DNA of 35,680 nt from Octopus vulgaris. Lineage: Eukaryota. This document shows, piece after piece, positions 34,631 through 35,680 of the stretch (positions within the stretch are counted from its first letter, which is position 1; the number at the start of each line of letters is the position of its first letter). Location of the stretch: positions 1-35,680 of the forward strand of contig CATOCA020000034.1 of the NCBI GenBank assembly GCA_951406725.2, read 5' to 3'. Made by a program: the position numbers and the translations under genes. Below the pieces are notes generated by a model. That model saw only the letters and a program-made list of their open reading frames with translations. It did no database searches and was not told the origin of the DNA.

Positions 34631-35390
34631 TTATTTAGGGCTTCCATCTCATTTCAGAGATTCATCAGGAATGATATTTTTACAGAAAATTTATACCTTT
34701 TCTATATATGTTAGTTCCATATTTTTTCAACTAGCTCATCTCTTTTTTACTTAATGCTTAAAATATATATGGTATACCACCTAAAAAAAACAAAACAAAT
34801 ATATATATATATATGTATATATAATATTAGAGTATAGCTAGTGAAAAGATATTCTATAGATTGTTAATGTAATTCGAATTGAAGTTATAGCCACGAAACG
34901 TATGTAGTCGTTTTACTTATTATATATTGTTTATTCATTTTTTTGTACGTTTTGTAATCTAGTTATATGTTTTATAATATATTTTATTTTTTATTCATGA
35001 TTTGGTTTATGTCTATCATTGTTTGAATTACATTATAGTGGTTTTTCTCTAATTTATATATATATATATTACACACACACACACACACAAGCACGCATAT
35101 ATATATATATATAAAATATGTATGTAAGTATAAAAAATAGACAGGCCTTGGTAAAGTAATATAAGATATTTGAAAAAAATGAATAGAAATGAATTTTCTG
35201 ATAATTTTTCCATTTTGATAATTAGTCTCCTATAAACATCTAATTATTAAAGTGGAAAAATTTTCAGAAAAGCCATTTCTATTCATTATCAATATGTGAT
35301 AATATAACTGCATGTTATATATAAACAAAACATATACTACTTTTATTCAGTTTGCACCAAAAGAAGGATGTCAATAAAATGAATGAGATG

Positions 35391-35680
35391 TGGCACTTTG
35401 AAAAGAAAAAAGGTTCTGTGTGGAACAAAAAATAGTAAGTCTGTTCGAAGGATTCATAAGTTAGGTCACTATATGTAGTAGCGCTACCAGTAATAATGTA
35501 GACTTGTCACTACCTATGGCATTTTGAAAAGAAATGGTTCTGTGTGGAACAAAAAATAGTAAGTCTGTTTGAAGGATTCATAAGTTAGGTCACTATATGT
35601 AGTAGCGCTACCAGTAATAATGTAGACTTGTTACTACCTATGGCATTTTGAAAAGAAATGGTTCTGTGTGGAACAAAAAA
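35391..35680 (+). repeat. 124-bp tandem repeat running off the right edge
   Basis: ggttctgtgtggaac occurs at 35412, 35536 and 35660. Confidence 0.93.

Noticed and set aside
34880-34912. GAAAC-gtat-GTA, a possible hammerhead 3' half
   Set aside because: No matching 5' core or stem I found, so it cannot be supported.

Overview
This is AT-rich, microsatellite-dense animal DNA. The repeat families resemble those of octopus (coleoid cephalopod), an inference from recalled repeat sequences. No prokaryotic features or CRISPR arrays are present. (1) A spliced minus-strand gene missed by the ORF track can be assembled by hand. It has a putative TATA/Inr promoter and non-coding exon near 28.3 kb, then ten phase-compatible GT-AG coding exons (21250 to 4588). 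They encode 291 aa of a type I membrane protein of the TNF-receptor superfamily: signal peptide, 20-Cys ectodomain, Pro/Thr stalk, TM helix and two consecutive 18-nt microexons. The rest of the cytoplasmic tail probably lies outside the window. (2) The introns hold several different non-coding repeat families carrying minimal type I hammerhead ribozymes (HHR), a retrozyme/Penelope-like system. These include a 559-bp tandem-plus-inverted array, a tRNA-head/(AAT)n/HHR element, a GUC-cleaving HHR in the sense strand just before the TM exon, a natural-looking G3-C8 core-swap variant, and palindromes centred on HHR stem II. A Penelope GIY-YIG remnant lies nearby. (3) Conventional mobile elements are also present: a Helitron PIF1 helicase fragment and non-autonomous Helitrons, CR1 LINEs, mariner, hAT, a piggyBac-type MITE, an R4/Dong tail, many SINEs and satellites. 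All calls come from reading the sequence; none has been checked by database search or folding software.
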